64,000 nt of DNA, taken from NCBI RefSeq assembly GCF_009914755.1, contig NC_060928.1. One strand, written 5' to 3'. A program made the translations under genes and the position numbers. The stretch is from the human T2T-CHM13v2.0 reference genome, Homo sapiens. The notes below the pieces were generated by a model. The model made no database searches, had not been told where the DNA came from, and saw only the letters and a list, made by a program, of their open reading frames with translations. Within the stretch, counting starts at the first letter, position 1. Each line of letters opens with the position of its first letter. This document shows positions 13,851-29,601 of this stretch, in pieces.

Positions 13851-16800
13851 ATGTAATTCTCAGTAAAATCAAAAACCATTGATTCATTCCTAGGAATCTG
13901 AAGATCTCAGACACTTAATCTGTGTAGGTAATGCCAGAGTCTTTGGAAATGTCTTATTTTAGTAGGTTCGTGATTTTTTTCTCTTTCAGGCAGGCATTAA
14001 AATATCGTGATATGTATTTGATATATAGCCAGTCATTTTGATTGCATAAACTAGGTATGTGAAGAAAAGTTAAGAAATAATATTCAATTTGGTTCAAGAA
14101 TAAAATAATCATGATCTCTTAAATTAAGCATTCTCTTTAATTAAGGATATTTTCCCCCCTTTGAATCAGCACCTTCAATGAAATTGTACTTTTATCGGCA
14201 AAATCGTATAAAAAAAGTATAAAACTTGTCTTGATGAAAATTAAGCTTTGATTATCATCAGAATAGTTATTTAAAATTAAATACTATTTGCTTCTAAAAA
14301 AACAAGAATTTAACTGAGGGGGCACTCAGGATTATCTCGAGGTTTATTTAAAATTTCTCAACATAAGTTATGTTCTCAACTATGTGTGTATTAGTAAGTT
14401 TAGCATTTTTCCCCTTATTGTTTTTATATCAAATCATGATTCTGTAGAAATGCTCTCAGAGTAGAATCAGGAGTGGCTATTGGAATTTCTAAATATGTAT
14501 ATGTATATGTATTTTCACACACACGGAAATACACACATATATATGCAAACATTTATGGGCACGCTTGATATATAAAAACAAACAAGTCATTCCATAAAAT
14601 CTCTTTCACTTGAATTATTATAAAAAGTCAATAGTTTTTATAGAATTTAAGACGGCTGAATGCTTTGCCACCATTTCCTGAAATGCCTAATTCTATGGGT
14701 GCTTATATCACTTTTGTTTTGCTTTTGGCTTCTGATACTTCTTTTTCCATTATATGTTTGTTAGGTTTATCCTTTAGGGTTCTAGATTTTTCCTCTGGAG
14801 ATATGTGGTATAAATTGTTTTGCATATAAATATAACCTAGGGTTGTTCCAGGAATTTTTGCTGATTCACAGGAAAAATATCTTCTAATTCTTTGTGGACC
14901 AATTGTGAACATTTGAAATAGAGATGATCTGATAGTGTAATATCACTAGCTTATACATAGCCTTGTTTAGTTGTCTTTAAGAAGACAAATGCAGAACAGA
15001 AAGAAAGCGTTAAACCTTAAATATCTTTTTATCCGACACTTTAAACTCCTCTGTTCGCTATATTTTAGGTATATATAATATATCTTATATAATACATGTG
15101 CATAATTTATATATAAATTTATTTTTTAATTTATTTTTTAATCAGCAGGGACGAATAATAAGAAACGTTTAGAGCACGATTTTATCCAACTTAGTGATCC
15201 TTGTCTTCAAATTTAACAGGTGGACTCATCATTTGCTCTTTCCTGTCCTCTCAGAAATCATATATCCTCAGTGCAATAGGTAAGAAAAGTTAGATTTCAA
15301 ATCCTCATTTTAAAATATTAAATATACTTTGCTTCTCTTTCACTAGACATGAGAAAAATCATCAAACCAAGAGCTCCCTCTTTAGGTGATTATAAACGTA
15401 AACAAGATGGCTGCTTGTTTCTGAAGCTCTCAGATTACCTCAAAGGTTTTAAATTTTGGGGTGGTGGAAGTTCACCTTATGCTTATGCAGTTACTTCAGC
15501 ACAATTTAGTCAGCAAAGAAACAAAAACAATAGAAAAAATATAGTAACATTATAAGCTAATATATCATAATCATAAGAATAGCAATAAAATTACTTATAA
15601 GTAAATAAAAAATATACTTATTTAGCACTTAAAGATAAAGAAAGTAAGGAAAATAAGAGAAAGCTTTATGAATAATATATTCATTGCAAATTATTTGTAG
15701 TAATGATAAACTGAAAACGACCTATCAATTAAAGAATGGATTAGAATCTGTCCTGTAGAATATCCACATGGGATGACCGTAAGTCATTAAATTTATATTT
15801 ATAGAAAGTTTACAATAGAATTCTATGCTTATATAATATTTGGGGTATAAAAAACATAATATATAATCTATAATACGTAATTTAATACATATTAAAATAA
15901 CATAAAAATATAATACATAATTTTTACATAATCACAACTATTAAAAGTCAAATATAATTAGCTAAACTACAATTTTTTTAAGAAAATTATCAAGGTAATG
16001 AGATTATAAGTAATTATTTTTATTTTTATTACAGTTTTTTGAGTTTTCCAATTCTACCAGTTTTACTTTGTTTACTTTGAAAACCAGAGAATCAATCTTT
16101 AAGATATTTAATATTTCTTGAAATTTATTAACTAATTAAATTATTAATTTAAAATAACTAGAAGTAGGTTTTCAAATGTGTAAAAATTGACACTTAAAAC
16201 ACCTGTATTTTTTTAATTATGTTTCGCCAATTACAATAAATACATTAACTGGGAGTTGCTTAGAAGGTCTTGTTCTAATGAGTAAGAAATTATTTTATAA
16301 ATCTGGTAAACTAAAAAAACCATTTAAACCATGTTGAGCTTATAAATTATTTTTAACTGTAAGCCACAGCATATCTTGCAACCATGTTATGAAGCTGGTG
16401 ATTACATTATAAAGGAAAAATCATGTGAGTTAATACTTTCAACAAGCAACTCGGCACCAGTGAATTTATATAACAAAAAAAAAAACAGAATAAATATATA
16501 GCTCAAAAAGTTACACAAAGATTGTCAAAGGATAACTTTGAGACATGCAGTTATTTGCATGCAAATGAAGGCAAATGTTTTCAATGAGAAAAGGGAAAAC
16601 ATGAGACTTGTGATGAGGAAGAGAGAAAAGAAAAAAATGGAAGTAACCTGGAAACAATAAACCATGTTTTACATTTTGGGGGTAAAACAGCAACTAGCAA
16701 AGGGATCAGTCTGGATAGGCTCCACTTGAGCAGGCTGGCAAAAATCATGAAAAATAACTAAATTGTAGTTATTTGTGGGTTATCCAAAAACCATGAGAAG

Positions 16801-18530
16801 TTGACTATGAAGTTAAACATGACAATTGTATTATGTAAAATCTTCCAGCATCTTTCTTTCTACACCTCCAGGTTACTTAGAGAGGTCTGTACCTTACCAT
16901 TTATAAGAATATCTCGAGACTATAATTTTTAACAAAAATTTTTAGAAATCAAAATAAGATTGTTAAACACATTGATTATGCAAAGATCCCAGTTGTGGCA
17001 TAGACATTTATAAAGCACATAAAATATAACATTATTGAATCAATATTTGATACAAAATTGTTCATTATAAACATTAAAAATTATGTAATTAATAATTTGC
17101 TTGGCTTCCTTAGAATTTAAAAGGGAAACTTTAAGATAAATTTGAAGCTCCAGGTTCTGTGAAAAAGAAAATACTGCCCAATGAGATATGATCTACCAAA
17201 TTGATTTTCTAGAAAAAAAATTAATCATTTAAAATCATTCCGGGAATCTTATTGTGGTTAGTTATTAGAAGTTCAAAATCACCATTTTCAAAAATATACG
17301 TCACAGCATCTAAACAGGTAACTCCACAAAGAATTCAAATTGGGAAGGTTTTAAGGAAAGGCTCACAAATTTGATCTCATTTATTTTCATAACCCCAATA
17401 CAATTATTGTCAACTAGAGTTGGAAAAGACAGTCTATCACACTCCTTTTCGTTCTTGAAGTTGAGACAATGAGTGAAGAAAAATAAACTAGGAGAATATT
17501 TCTCGTGTTCAGAATGAGCCCCATGACATTTTCAGAGTTATTGGAAAAGCCACTGTCAGTCATGGACTATTCATTGACCACACAGAGCCTAATTTGAAAT
17601 GATTTAAAAAGATAACTTTAAGAGTGCAAATAGGTGATAATGTAAAGGAGATGCTACAGAAAATTATTCCACATATGTGAATGCTTTCATAGTTCTTGAA
17701 AACCCTTTTCTTACAAAGGTAAAATAATTGAGTTTACTTTGCAATTTTGTTTCAATTATTTATTTAGATCTTAATTATTCATTCTTAATATGAATGTAAA
17801 GTAGCCTATCCCTTGTGAAAACTCCCACATTCTGTATATGAGTCTAAACGTTTTATACATATTATAAAATTTTAAATTCTAAGTTGGATAGATTTTTATA
17901 TTTCAATACTTCTGAAACTTAAATGTTCTATAATTAATGAAGATTTATTTTATATTAGTGGTTGTTTATACTCGTAATCTGTTATTTAGTCAATGGTTCC
18001 TCATACAATGTTTGACATTTTAGAATTTTTTAAAAAATTGTATTTTTCTGATCATTACAGTAACTCATTATTTTTACCATTACAGAAATGGAAAAATGCA
18101 AAGATACAAAGAAACTTTTGAAGGTCGCAAGGCTGAGAGGTGCTTGATCTGGATTTGAACTCAGATCTCTCTGATTCCAAAGCCCACACACTTTCTACTA
18201 TGTCAACTTGCCTCTGTCATGTAACATAGGATAATTTTTCTTGCTGTACTCTTATTAATAACACTAATGATAGTAATAAATAAAACTGAGTTTATTATAT
18301 ACCTTGCAATGTTATAAATGCTTTACATATATTTTTAATCATCAAAATGACCTTATGAAGAGAATACCATTATAATCTCCTTTTGCATATAGGTAATCTG
18401 AATGAAGCACAAGATTATTTTTATATGTTGCTTTCTTTTTATAATAGCAGCACAATTCCTTATTTATCTTAATTTAAATTTTTAGTTATTTTTTACTTTT
18501 TATATTTTTGTTTATTTTGATATTTTTTAG

Positions 18531-19343
18531 TTATAGTAGTGAATAGGAAAATCTCTGTAAAGGTTGATTTGCTGTTAGCGCTAAGGTAAGCTTATTACCT
18601 TTGTTTGATTTTAATGAACTTCAAGTGAACTTAATAATTTTTTTTCCTTTAATTTGCCAAGTATCAAGAAATATCTGATCAACCAAATTGAGCTCCTCAT
18701 TATGGATTGGACCTACATGGGTTGTACCCTACCGGCCTTCATCTCATCCACAAGCATCTACTCATTTGTACCACAATCATTTAACAAGATCTATGATTAC
18801 CTTTTCAAACTACAGAAAGAAAACACTTTATTTCCTTCTCTGTTTACATCAATTCAAACTCCACCACACCCATCACAAACTCTAAACTCTTCAAATCCAC
18901 TAGGCAAAGCTCATCATTGCTCAACTCCATTTAAGGAAAACCAGCAAACTCAATTTCAATCAAGAATAGCCCCAGCACATCTACCGATACAGCTAAATAT
19001 TAGAATGACTGGTTTCCACCAACTACGTATCTTACAAATCTACCATATTGGAATCCTTACAATCCTCACAACACATTCTTAAAGCAATATCAACAACTTC
19101 TTCTCTGTTAACCCCTATTGTTACCATGTCTATCCAAAATCCAACTCCTTATACCAATACTAAGTAACATATTGCTATTGTCTTCACAACCACTCAAACC
19201 TACCCTACTACCACACCACCACAGAACCTACTATAATTGATGCTCTCTCTAATACCAGCAAGAATGCTGCAATTCCTATTCAATACACAGGTATAATTAT
19301 AGCTTATGCCTGGGGCTACATGGCTATATTGAATTGTGAGTGT

Positions 19344-19375
<32 letters not shown>

Positions 19376-21320
19376 TTTGAGAGAACAGGATTGAAAATTA
19401 TAAAGCATGCTGTCTCCCATCACAAAATTAAAACTCTAGTTAAAGAAATATAAAATCAAAATTTACAAATTTTGTAAAGGCTTTCAGGAAATTTCATGGG
19501 ACTAGGATATAGTAATGAGAAGTAGTAAGAAATATCACATTCACAATACCTGCTTTGTGTAGCCATTCAAGAGAGAAATAAGCCACTATGTTTAAATAGT
19601 GCCAGTGTATGATTTTTGAAATAATACATGACTTTACATAAATATATTGCATGCATTCAAGACTCTAACATTAGAATTCTGATACCTGATTAAATTATGG
19701 TACTTGTTCTACATAAAGTGCCATCTGAAAGTCTTATACATTAGATTAGGAAATCATCATCCTATTAGGATAATGCTTCACAGCATGGTAATGCTTCTCT
19801 TGAATATCATCTAATTGTTGTTACTCTGAATAGACCTTTAATATATTCCTCAATCCATTATAATAAAAGCCCTAATCTAATTATCATCATTAAACAGCAT
19901 TTATTTAGTACTTTCCTATGTTCCAGGCAGTGTGAATGTAAGCACTTCACATTGATTTATTCATGTAACACTTAAACAACTCTACAATCATGAAGAAAAT
20001 GAAGCAAGAAAATATAAAACACAGGTAGGTGTGAAATCCAGGCATTCTTTCTTCAAATGCTCCATGCTTAACTACTGCAATGTTTCTAAATATGCCTTTC
20101 TACATTAAAATTGTATATATGTTTATCAATACCCAATAAAAGGAATTTGGACTAAATAATTTGTATATTTCTTTAGGTTAAAGAATAGAATAAATTCTTT
20201 CCATATTCTTATTCTTAGTGTCACTAATATAAGGTACATTACTATAAAATTTCTCATGAATTCATTTCAATAAAAGTATATTGGAAATTACATGTAACAC
20301 CTGACTCCTGCTAAAATGATACTGAAAGAAAATAAAGCAGATATGGACCTCAACTGCAAGGAACTTAGGAATTCATTCTTGAATATTAGCCACATAAGTT
20401 TTATGCCAAAATAAAAGTGGCAAATCTCATTAAAAATATACAAAGAATCATTGGGTTTCAGATGAGGGAAAAAAATAACTCAAGTTGGGCACATAAGAAG
20501 ACTCCCAAGAGTGAGAATATTTTATTTGGGCCTGAAAGAACATGAAGGTCATTGAGACCCCTAGTTTAGAAGTCTAGGAGCATTCCAGAAAGAGTGAAGA
20601 GCATCAGAAAAGCAACAGACCTTTAAGGAAAATAGGATGTGGTTTAGATAATCCAGAGCAAATGGTTCATGAAGAGGGTAGTGGAGGAGAAAATAAGATT
20701 TAAAAAAGGAGAGGCAGGGTTCAAATTACATAGACTTTTAAATGAACTCTTTTCTACAGGTATAACCAGTACCTGACCTTCTGTACTCACATCCTGCTAA
20801 CTTCCTTCATTTCTCTAGGCACAATCTTATTGTCACTGCTTTTTCAAAGAATCTACCACATATCACCACTTCCTCAGGGTCCACGCTCTTACCACTCCCC
20901 AGACAGCCCCCAAACCTACTACTTCCACAAGGACCACATTAGCAAGAATGGTCATCAACATGCTCCCAAATGTGCTCACTACATCTCCTTCTTCAGAAAC
21001 ATGGGTGCCTATAACAATATCAGCACTAACCAACAAAATGTAGGCTAAGTTTAGCAACAACTCATCTAGAGGTAAATTGGGGACTGGACAAAAAGTTGCA
21101 TCTGGAACTTCTTTGACTAATGCGAGCCTTAGCAAATTCAGGACTACCCCGAAACTTTGTAAGTCAGCACTAAGGTTGATGACAATCATGTGGATTTTGA
21201 CACTGACCTTAAAGCTGGCACCACCTTTGAAAAAGGAACAATTGCTATTTCTCCAAATGATGTCAATCCCAAAGAAGCTTATGTGTGAATATAATCTATG
21301 CAGTAGATAGTTCTCCAATC
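18531..21320 (+). pseudogene. Unit B: decayed multi-exon Pro/Thr/Ser-rich gene (exons ~18531-18585, ~18662-19290, ~20760-21320)
   Basis: Splice-like boundaries: ttttttag|...AAG|gtaagc, a 76-nt intron, CAG|gtataa and tttctacag|. C/A-rich coding-like bias with P/T/S/H codons; broken ORFs 18654, 18688, 20830 and 21077. Confidence 0.5.
19340..19375. repeat. (TG)n microsatellite
   Basis: Directly visible TG run. Confidence 0.95.
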
Positions 21321-21559
21321 ACAATTTGAAAAAAAGCATGCAAGAGAATGTGTTAAGGACAAAGCTAGAGAAATAAGTGTGTAGCACTGTAGCAATTAAT
21401 TAGGAAATAAACTGTCATTTTAAATTCTCTATTGATTACTGTCACACAAAATAATTTACTGTGATTTTCTATTGCCATACACTGTAATACTTTCAAAACT
21501 AAAAATGACACTTTATAGATGAATCATATGAAGAGATACTATGAAGAACTTCAGGTGGC

Positions 21560-21894
<335 letters not shown>

Positions 21895-22074
21895 TTACAG
21901 TAGTTGACAAAATCCACATTAATCTTCAACTTCATTTGCCAGTAAACTTTTGTATATTTTTGGCTACTATTTCAAGGTTCTGTTGTACCCCAAATTCCTA
22001 ATACTAGAATATATGAATATACTGCTGCTGCTGCTTCTGCTACTGTTACTACTAACAACAACAATAATAACAAC

Positions 22075-22320
22075 TCTGTAGTGCTTACTATGGGTTAGAT
22101 GCTTTTGTAAATATTTCACTTATACTAATTCATTCAATCCTTATAACATCCCTATGAAATAAAAAGAATAATTATCCTCATTTTACAGAGGAAACTGAGG
22201 CATGAAGAAAGTCAGTCATTTGTCCAAGGTCACACTGCTAGTAAGCAGAGAAACTAATGATCGAACTCATATATGTCTGGCTCTGTAGCCTTTGTATCTG
22301 ACCACTGCCCTGCATTGCAG
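22075..22320. mobile_element. MIR
   Basis: MIR core ttttacagaggaaactgaggc...tttgtccaaggtcacactgctagtaag. Similar cores at ~1260-1380, ~35830-35960 and ~50370-50450. Confidence 0.8.
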
Positions 22321-23626
22321 CTCAACATCAGTGTCCAACTACAAACATTCGTATCTTAGTATCAGCTTATGTTTTCAATAATCTTTCCATTTTATAAGGA
22401 CATAATCAGTAAATAAGGTTTATTTAAAATTTAGTGCAATTTTATCAGGAAATATCTTACTGGGGAAACAATGCAAATAATTAGTTCATTTCTCAGGTTT
22501 TGTTAATAGAGCTCAAAGAATGCTTTCAGAATAAAGATATTGTATAATAAAAATAGTAGCTAATATTGGATAAATAATGAGATGTGAGTCTGCAACTTAA
22601 TAGTTGCTGGTATCTCAGGACAAGAATCCTCTCACCCAAAAAAACCCTCTTGGCTATGTCCCAATATCTAGCTAATAGAACAATAATTGTAAACTTCATG
22701 AAGGGGTATGTACTAGTTATTGTTCTGAAGCAAATGGAAAACCTAGATGCGAAAGAAAGCAAATCGCATTATGAGTCAAATCAGTGGAACAGTCCTAAAT
22801 GTATGTGGCCTTTCTGGTTTGAAACTGATGACCTCAAATCTCATGAAAAGACAGCATTATATATTGTTCTGTTACTGGCACATTTACAACATTGTTGATT
22901 ATCCAGCAGGCATCCAACTCAAGAGCCTCTTGGAATCAAAGGTGGATGCAAAGAAATGTTGTAGTAAAGGAATTGTTCAGTTGAGATGTGTTTGATCTAC
23001 TAAAAGATGCCCATGGAAAAAGAAGGCCATTCTTTTTCATTTGACCTTTCATTAGCACCATTATTACTATTAACTGATGCATCCTCAGCACTGAATACAG
23101 AGCCCCACAAATAGTACTTATTTAATATTTTTGAGTGAATTAGTACATGGGATTTATCAAAATAAATGTTTTCAATGTGAGATTTAAGTTATAATCAATA
23201 TTTTTACATACAAATCAGTTAAACAGTTGTTCATTCAATTGAATATATAAACGAGTTAGATTTTAACTTATTAACCAGACTTACCAGTGAATTTACCATA
23301 TATTTCATGCATTACTAATGTTCTCATATAAATTTGACAACATCTTGTATTGTGAATTGGGAAGATATTATCCATTTTATAAAGATGAGGTTAAATAATC
23401 TCTCTAAAGTCAGATAGCTACTAAATGACAGCTAGGACTTAAACATAGTTCTAATTTTAAGGACAACTACATTTACCACGTAAGAAAAACCTTACCATAA
23501 TCACTGCAATGCATTTTCAAATATACTGATGAATTCTCACACTTACATTTCTTCAGATCACAGAATGTTTACCATATGTCCTGACTGGTGATTATATATA
23601 TATATATATTATAGATTTACATATTA

Positions 23627-24016
<390 letters not shown>

Positions 24017-27000
24017 CTAAAATGGTGCAAATAAAATAATTCTGATAGTTAATTTCAAACTGGACAAGAAAGATGTAGCTACATTTTTTCCAAATAAAGC
24101 TATTTTTAAAAATATTTTAATATATCTTAAGCAATTAGAATAATCTTGGTTTCAGCTTTCTCCTTAAATATTTTCATACACTGATTATTTCAATTCTACT
24201 CAAATAACAAGGAAGTAAATTATGCCCTTGTTTCCCACTGAAGTCTTCATTCAATGGAAGCCTATCACTCCCCAATATTGAGAAATACATACACAAATAT
24301 AGACTTTAGAGCGAGAATATGGCACTGGGGTTTTACAAACTGGACAGAGCCAGGTGGAAGTAAAGAAAAATCTTTCTTAATCATAAGAATATGTCTATCA
24401 TAATCTCCTCAGATTAGAAGAGAAAAATAAAAAGTATTGAAAACAAGAATCAAGGACAAAAAGAGAGTTCAAAGGAAAATCAGGACCAAAACCATGGAGA
24501 GGATTTGAGACACTTTCTAAGCAGGTTGGGAGGACTGGAATTAAACTTGTGGATGCTATTAACAAAGCCTGTGCTGCCTTACCATCCCCACATCTTCCCA
24601 TCTCGAATGCATGCGTGGGTGGTGTCCTCTGAAGTCTACATAAGGAGGGATTCACATCTCAAACTTGTTTCCTTTCAGCTAATTGAGCCTATGATTCTGT
24701 CTTAAAAAGAAAGAGCAATAAGCAGTTTTTCCACTCAGACATCAAATATACAGTTAATTCATAGACTGGACTATTCAGAAACTCACATTATATAACCAGA
24801 TTGTTACTAGCTTTGCTAAGACTGGGCCCCTTAATTTTAGACACTATGTTGTGGGTTTCCTAAATATCTCTTGAAAGACTCATTAAATAATTCTCTTATG
24901 CTCTTCCAGCTTAATTATACATGATTTACAAGCATCATATAATTTTTTATAAAACAGCATCATTTTCATAATGTTCTACAGTTTCAATTGCTTTTTGACA
25001 ATCTGCACAAATTCATTCAGACGCTCTCAGTTTTTTCAAGTTTCATTCCATTCTTCTTCCTTCATTTCATAGAGAATTATTACCACAACATTCTAGGGCT
25101 TACATGAGACTTTGACTCACAATAAAATTGTAAGACATATTTTCTGTAGTTTGTTAAAATTGAGTATCTTGAATTGACTTCTAAACAATTTACTTCTGAT
25201 TACATTAGAGTTTAGCCACAACATTATCTCTGAGTTTCATAGACTTAGGTGCCTTCTTGTAATAACCTTTTTACTACTTTCTTTAGTCTATCATATATAA
25301 ATATCTTACATTCAATTCACAATGCAAAGCCAAAAATTAATTACAAAATTCCATAGTCACAGTGGTAAAATGTCACCAATTAAAATTGAATTTACCAACC
25401 AATTAAAATTGACTTCTCTAAATTAGATTTTAATATTTCCCAGAATTATTTAGTAAATTCTATAAGATTGACCCACATTCTTTTTACAACCCATCAGCTT
25501 ATTTCCACAAGTCAGTATCATTTCTTTAATAATTATTTGTGTTTTATTTATGATTAATTTATTAAGTCTTATTACTCCCAAGATGAAAATATCCACAGTA
25601 ATAATAAATAAGGTCACTTTATGCTCTGGGGTCCTAGATAAACTTGATAAACTAGGACATAAGGACTGCAATTCCTAGGCAACTCCTAGTGCTGGCCTGG
25701 GCTTAGAGCCAGCAGACTAGGGAGGCATGTGACCTAGGGAGATGCCAGTTGGGGCAACTAGAAAGCACTTGTGCCCACCCCTCCCGCAACCCCAGGCAGT
25801 ACAGCTCAAAGCAAGGAAAGTGGCTTCTTTCTTCTGCTTAAGGAAAGAGGAGAAAATAGTAAAGAGAACTTTGTCTTGCAATTGGATACCAGCTGAACTA
25901 CAGTAGGACAAGGCAATGAGCAGAGTCAGGAGACCCCCATTTCAGGCCCTAGCTTGTGGACAGCATTTCTAGACATGCCTTAAGCCAAAAGGGTACCCAC
26001 TCTGAGATTTGCTGGATTCAGGTGTCATCCTAGCTGGATTCAGGTGTGATCCTAGCTGGATTCTAGCTGTGGTGGCTATGGGGAGAGACTCTTTCTGTTT
26101 GAGAAAAGCAGAGGTAAAAGTAAAAGGAACTTTGTCTTGCACCTTAGGTAACAGCTTGGCTACAGAGTAGTAGAACAACAAGCAGGCTCCTGAAGTCCCT
26201 AGTTCCAAGCCTAGGCTCTTAGCATTTCTGGACCTGCCATAGGCCAGAGAGGAGCCCATTGTCCTAAAGGGTGAGTCCCAGGGCTGGCAGCATTCAGCAC
26301 AAGCCGACTGAAGAGCCCTTGAGTCTTAAGTAAACATTGGTAAAGGCCTGGCAGTATTCTTTGTGGGCCTGTGGTGATGGTAGCCACAGGTGAGAGGCTC
26401 CTGTGCCTATGGAAAGAGGAAGGGAGAGTACCAAAGATTTTTCTCATGGTTTGAGTGCCAGCTTAACTGAAATAGAATAGAGTACCAGACAGATATCCAA
26501 GGTTTTTGACTCCAGTCCTTGGCTCCTGGATGGCATCTCTGGACCCACCTGAGGTCTGGGAGAACTTGCCACCCTAAAGGGAGGAAGAACATAAACCTGG
26601 CTGGCTTCTCCACTTGCTGATCATAGAGCCCTAGGGCCTTGAGTGAACATAGGTAGTAGTGAAGTAGCAGTTTCAGTGGGCCTTCAGCAAGAACAAGTGC
26701 CATGCTGGCTTCAGGTCTGACCCAGCAAAGTCCCAGTAGTAGTGGCCACAGGGGAGCTTGCATCAACACACCCCAGTTCCAGATGGCTCAAAGCAAAGAG
26801 AGAGACTGTCTCTTTGGGACAAAGTAAGAGAAAAGAACAAGAGTCTCTGTCTGGTAACCCAGAGAATTCTTCTGGATCTTATGCAAGACCATCAAGGTGG
26901 TACCTCTATGAATCTGCAAAAACAACAGCATAATTGGGTGTGGGGCCCAAGTCCCTTCAAAAACCTGGAAAGCTTTCCTAAGAAAGACAGGTACAAACAA

Positions 27001-28451
27001 GCCCAGATTGCAAAGATTACAATAAATACCTAAGTCATCAATGGCCAGAAACAGATAAACATCTACAAACATCAAGACCATTCACGAAAACATGACCTCA
27101 TCAAATGAACTAAATAAGGCACCAGGGACAAATCCTGGTGAAAGGGATATGTTATATTTCAGAGGGATAATTCAAAATAGGCATTTTGAGGAAACTCAAA
27201 GAAATTCAAGATAACACAGAGAAGGTATTTAGAATTCTATCAATTTTTTTAAAAATTGAAATAATTAAAAAGATTCTAGCAGAAATTCTAGAGTTGAAAA
27301 ATGCAAGTGACATACTGAAGAATACACCAAAGTCTCTTAATAGCAACAAATCAGTGTGATACATCATATCAAGAGAATGAAAGATAAAGATCATATGATC
27401 AATTGATGCTGAAAAGCATTTGATAAAATTTAACATTTCTTCATGATAAAAACCATCAAAAACCTGGAGATAGAAGTAACATACGTCAACATAATAAAAG
27501 CCATATATGGCAGACCCATAATTAGTATCATACTGAATGGGGATAAACTGAAAGCCTTTCTTCTAATATCTGGAACAGAACGAGGATGCCCACTTTCACA
27601 AGTATTACTCAAAATACTACTGGTAGTCCTAGCTAGAACAATCAGACAGGAGAAGGATAAAAAGGGCATCCAAATTGGAATGGAAGAAGTCAAATTATCT
27701 TTGTTTGCAGATGATACCATCTTATATTCGGGAAAACCTAAAGACTTTACCAAAATATTATTAGAACTGATAAACAAATTCAGTAAATTTGCATGATACA
27801 AAATCAACATATAAAATGAGTAGCATTTCTATATGCCAACATTGAACAAGTGGGAAAAAGAAATTTAAAGCTAATCCCATTTACAATAACCACACATAAT
27901 GTTAAATACCTAGAAATTAACCAAAGAAGTAAGTGATCTTTATAATGAAAACTATAAAACTCTGTTGAAAGAATTTGAAGAGGACACCAAAAAATGTAAA
28001 GATATTTCATGTTCATGGATTAGAAGAATCTATATTGTGAAAATGCCCATCCTACCCAAAACAATCTACATATTCAATGCAATCCCTATCAAAATAACAA
28101 TGATATTCTTCACAGAAATAGAAAAAAGCCCTAAAATTTATATGTAACCACAAAAAATGTAGAATGGCCAAAACTATCCTAAGCAAAAGAACAAAACTGG
28201 AGAAATCACATTACCTGACTTCAAATTATAGTACAGATTTATAGTAACCAAAACAGCATGATACTGGCATAAAAACAGTCACATAAACCAATGGAATAGA
28301 ATAAAGAATGCAAAAACAAATCCACACACCTACAGTGAACTCATTTTTGACAAAGGTGCCAAGAACACATACCATGGAAAAGACAGTCTCTTCAATAAAT
28401 AGTGCTGGGAAAACTGGATATTCATATGCAGAAGAAAGAAAGTAGACCCCT

Positions 28452-28769
<318 letters not shown>

Positions 28770-29601
28770 TCACCATATACAAAAATCAAATCAAAATGGA
28801 TTAAAAACTTAAATCTAAGACCTCAAACCAAAAAATACTACAAGAAAGCGTTGGGGAAGATCTCCAGGACATTGGTCTGGGCAATAATTTCTTGAGCAAT
28901 ACTCCACAAACACAGGCAACCAAAGCAAAACTGGGCAAATGGGATCACATTAAGTTAAAAAAACTTCTGCACAGCAATGGAAACAACCAATAAAGTGAAG
29001 AGACAACCCATAGATTGGGAGAAAATACTTGCAAGTTATCCATCTGACAACAGATTAATAGTCAGGATATTAAGGAGCTCAAACAACTCTATAGGAAAAA
29101 ATCTAATAATTCAATTAAAGAATGGGCAAAAGATTTTAATAGACATTTCTCAAAAGAAGAGATACAAATGTCAAACAGGCATATGAAAAATGGATCAACA
29201 TCATGGATCATCAGAGAAATGCAAATCAAAACTACAGTGAGATATCATTTCACGTGAGTTAAAATGGCTTTTATCCAAAAGGCAGGGAATAAAAAATGCT
29301 AGAGAGGATGTGGTGAAAAGGGAATCCTCACACACTATCATTTGGAATGTAAATTAGTATTACCACTATGGAAAACAGTTTGGAGGATCCTCAAAATATA
29401 AAAATTGAGCTGCCATATGATCCAGCAATACCACTGCTAGGTACATATCCCCCCAAAAAGAAATCAGTATATCAAAAAGATATCTGCATTCCCATGTTTG
29501 CTGTGGCACTATGCACAATAGCCAAGATTTAGAAGCAACCTAAGCATCCATCAACATAAAAATGGATAAGGAAAATGTGGTACTTACACACAGTGGAGTA
29601 C

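Noticed and set aside
22840-23075. Signal-like stretches (KTALYIVLLLAH; ccatggaaaaagaaggccattc resembling unit A exon 2)
   Set aside because: Need frameshifts and lack an acceptor and donor; hydrophobic codons arise by chance in T-rich DNA.
25583-25640. ATG AAA ATA.. (MKISTVIINK) as a signal exon for unit C
   Set aside because: Runs through the L1 TSD into L1 sequence; no hydrophobic core or donor.
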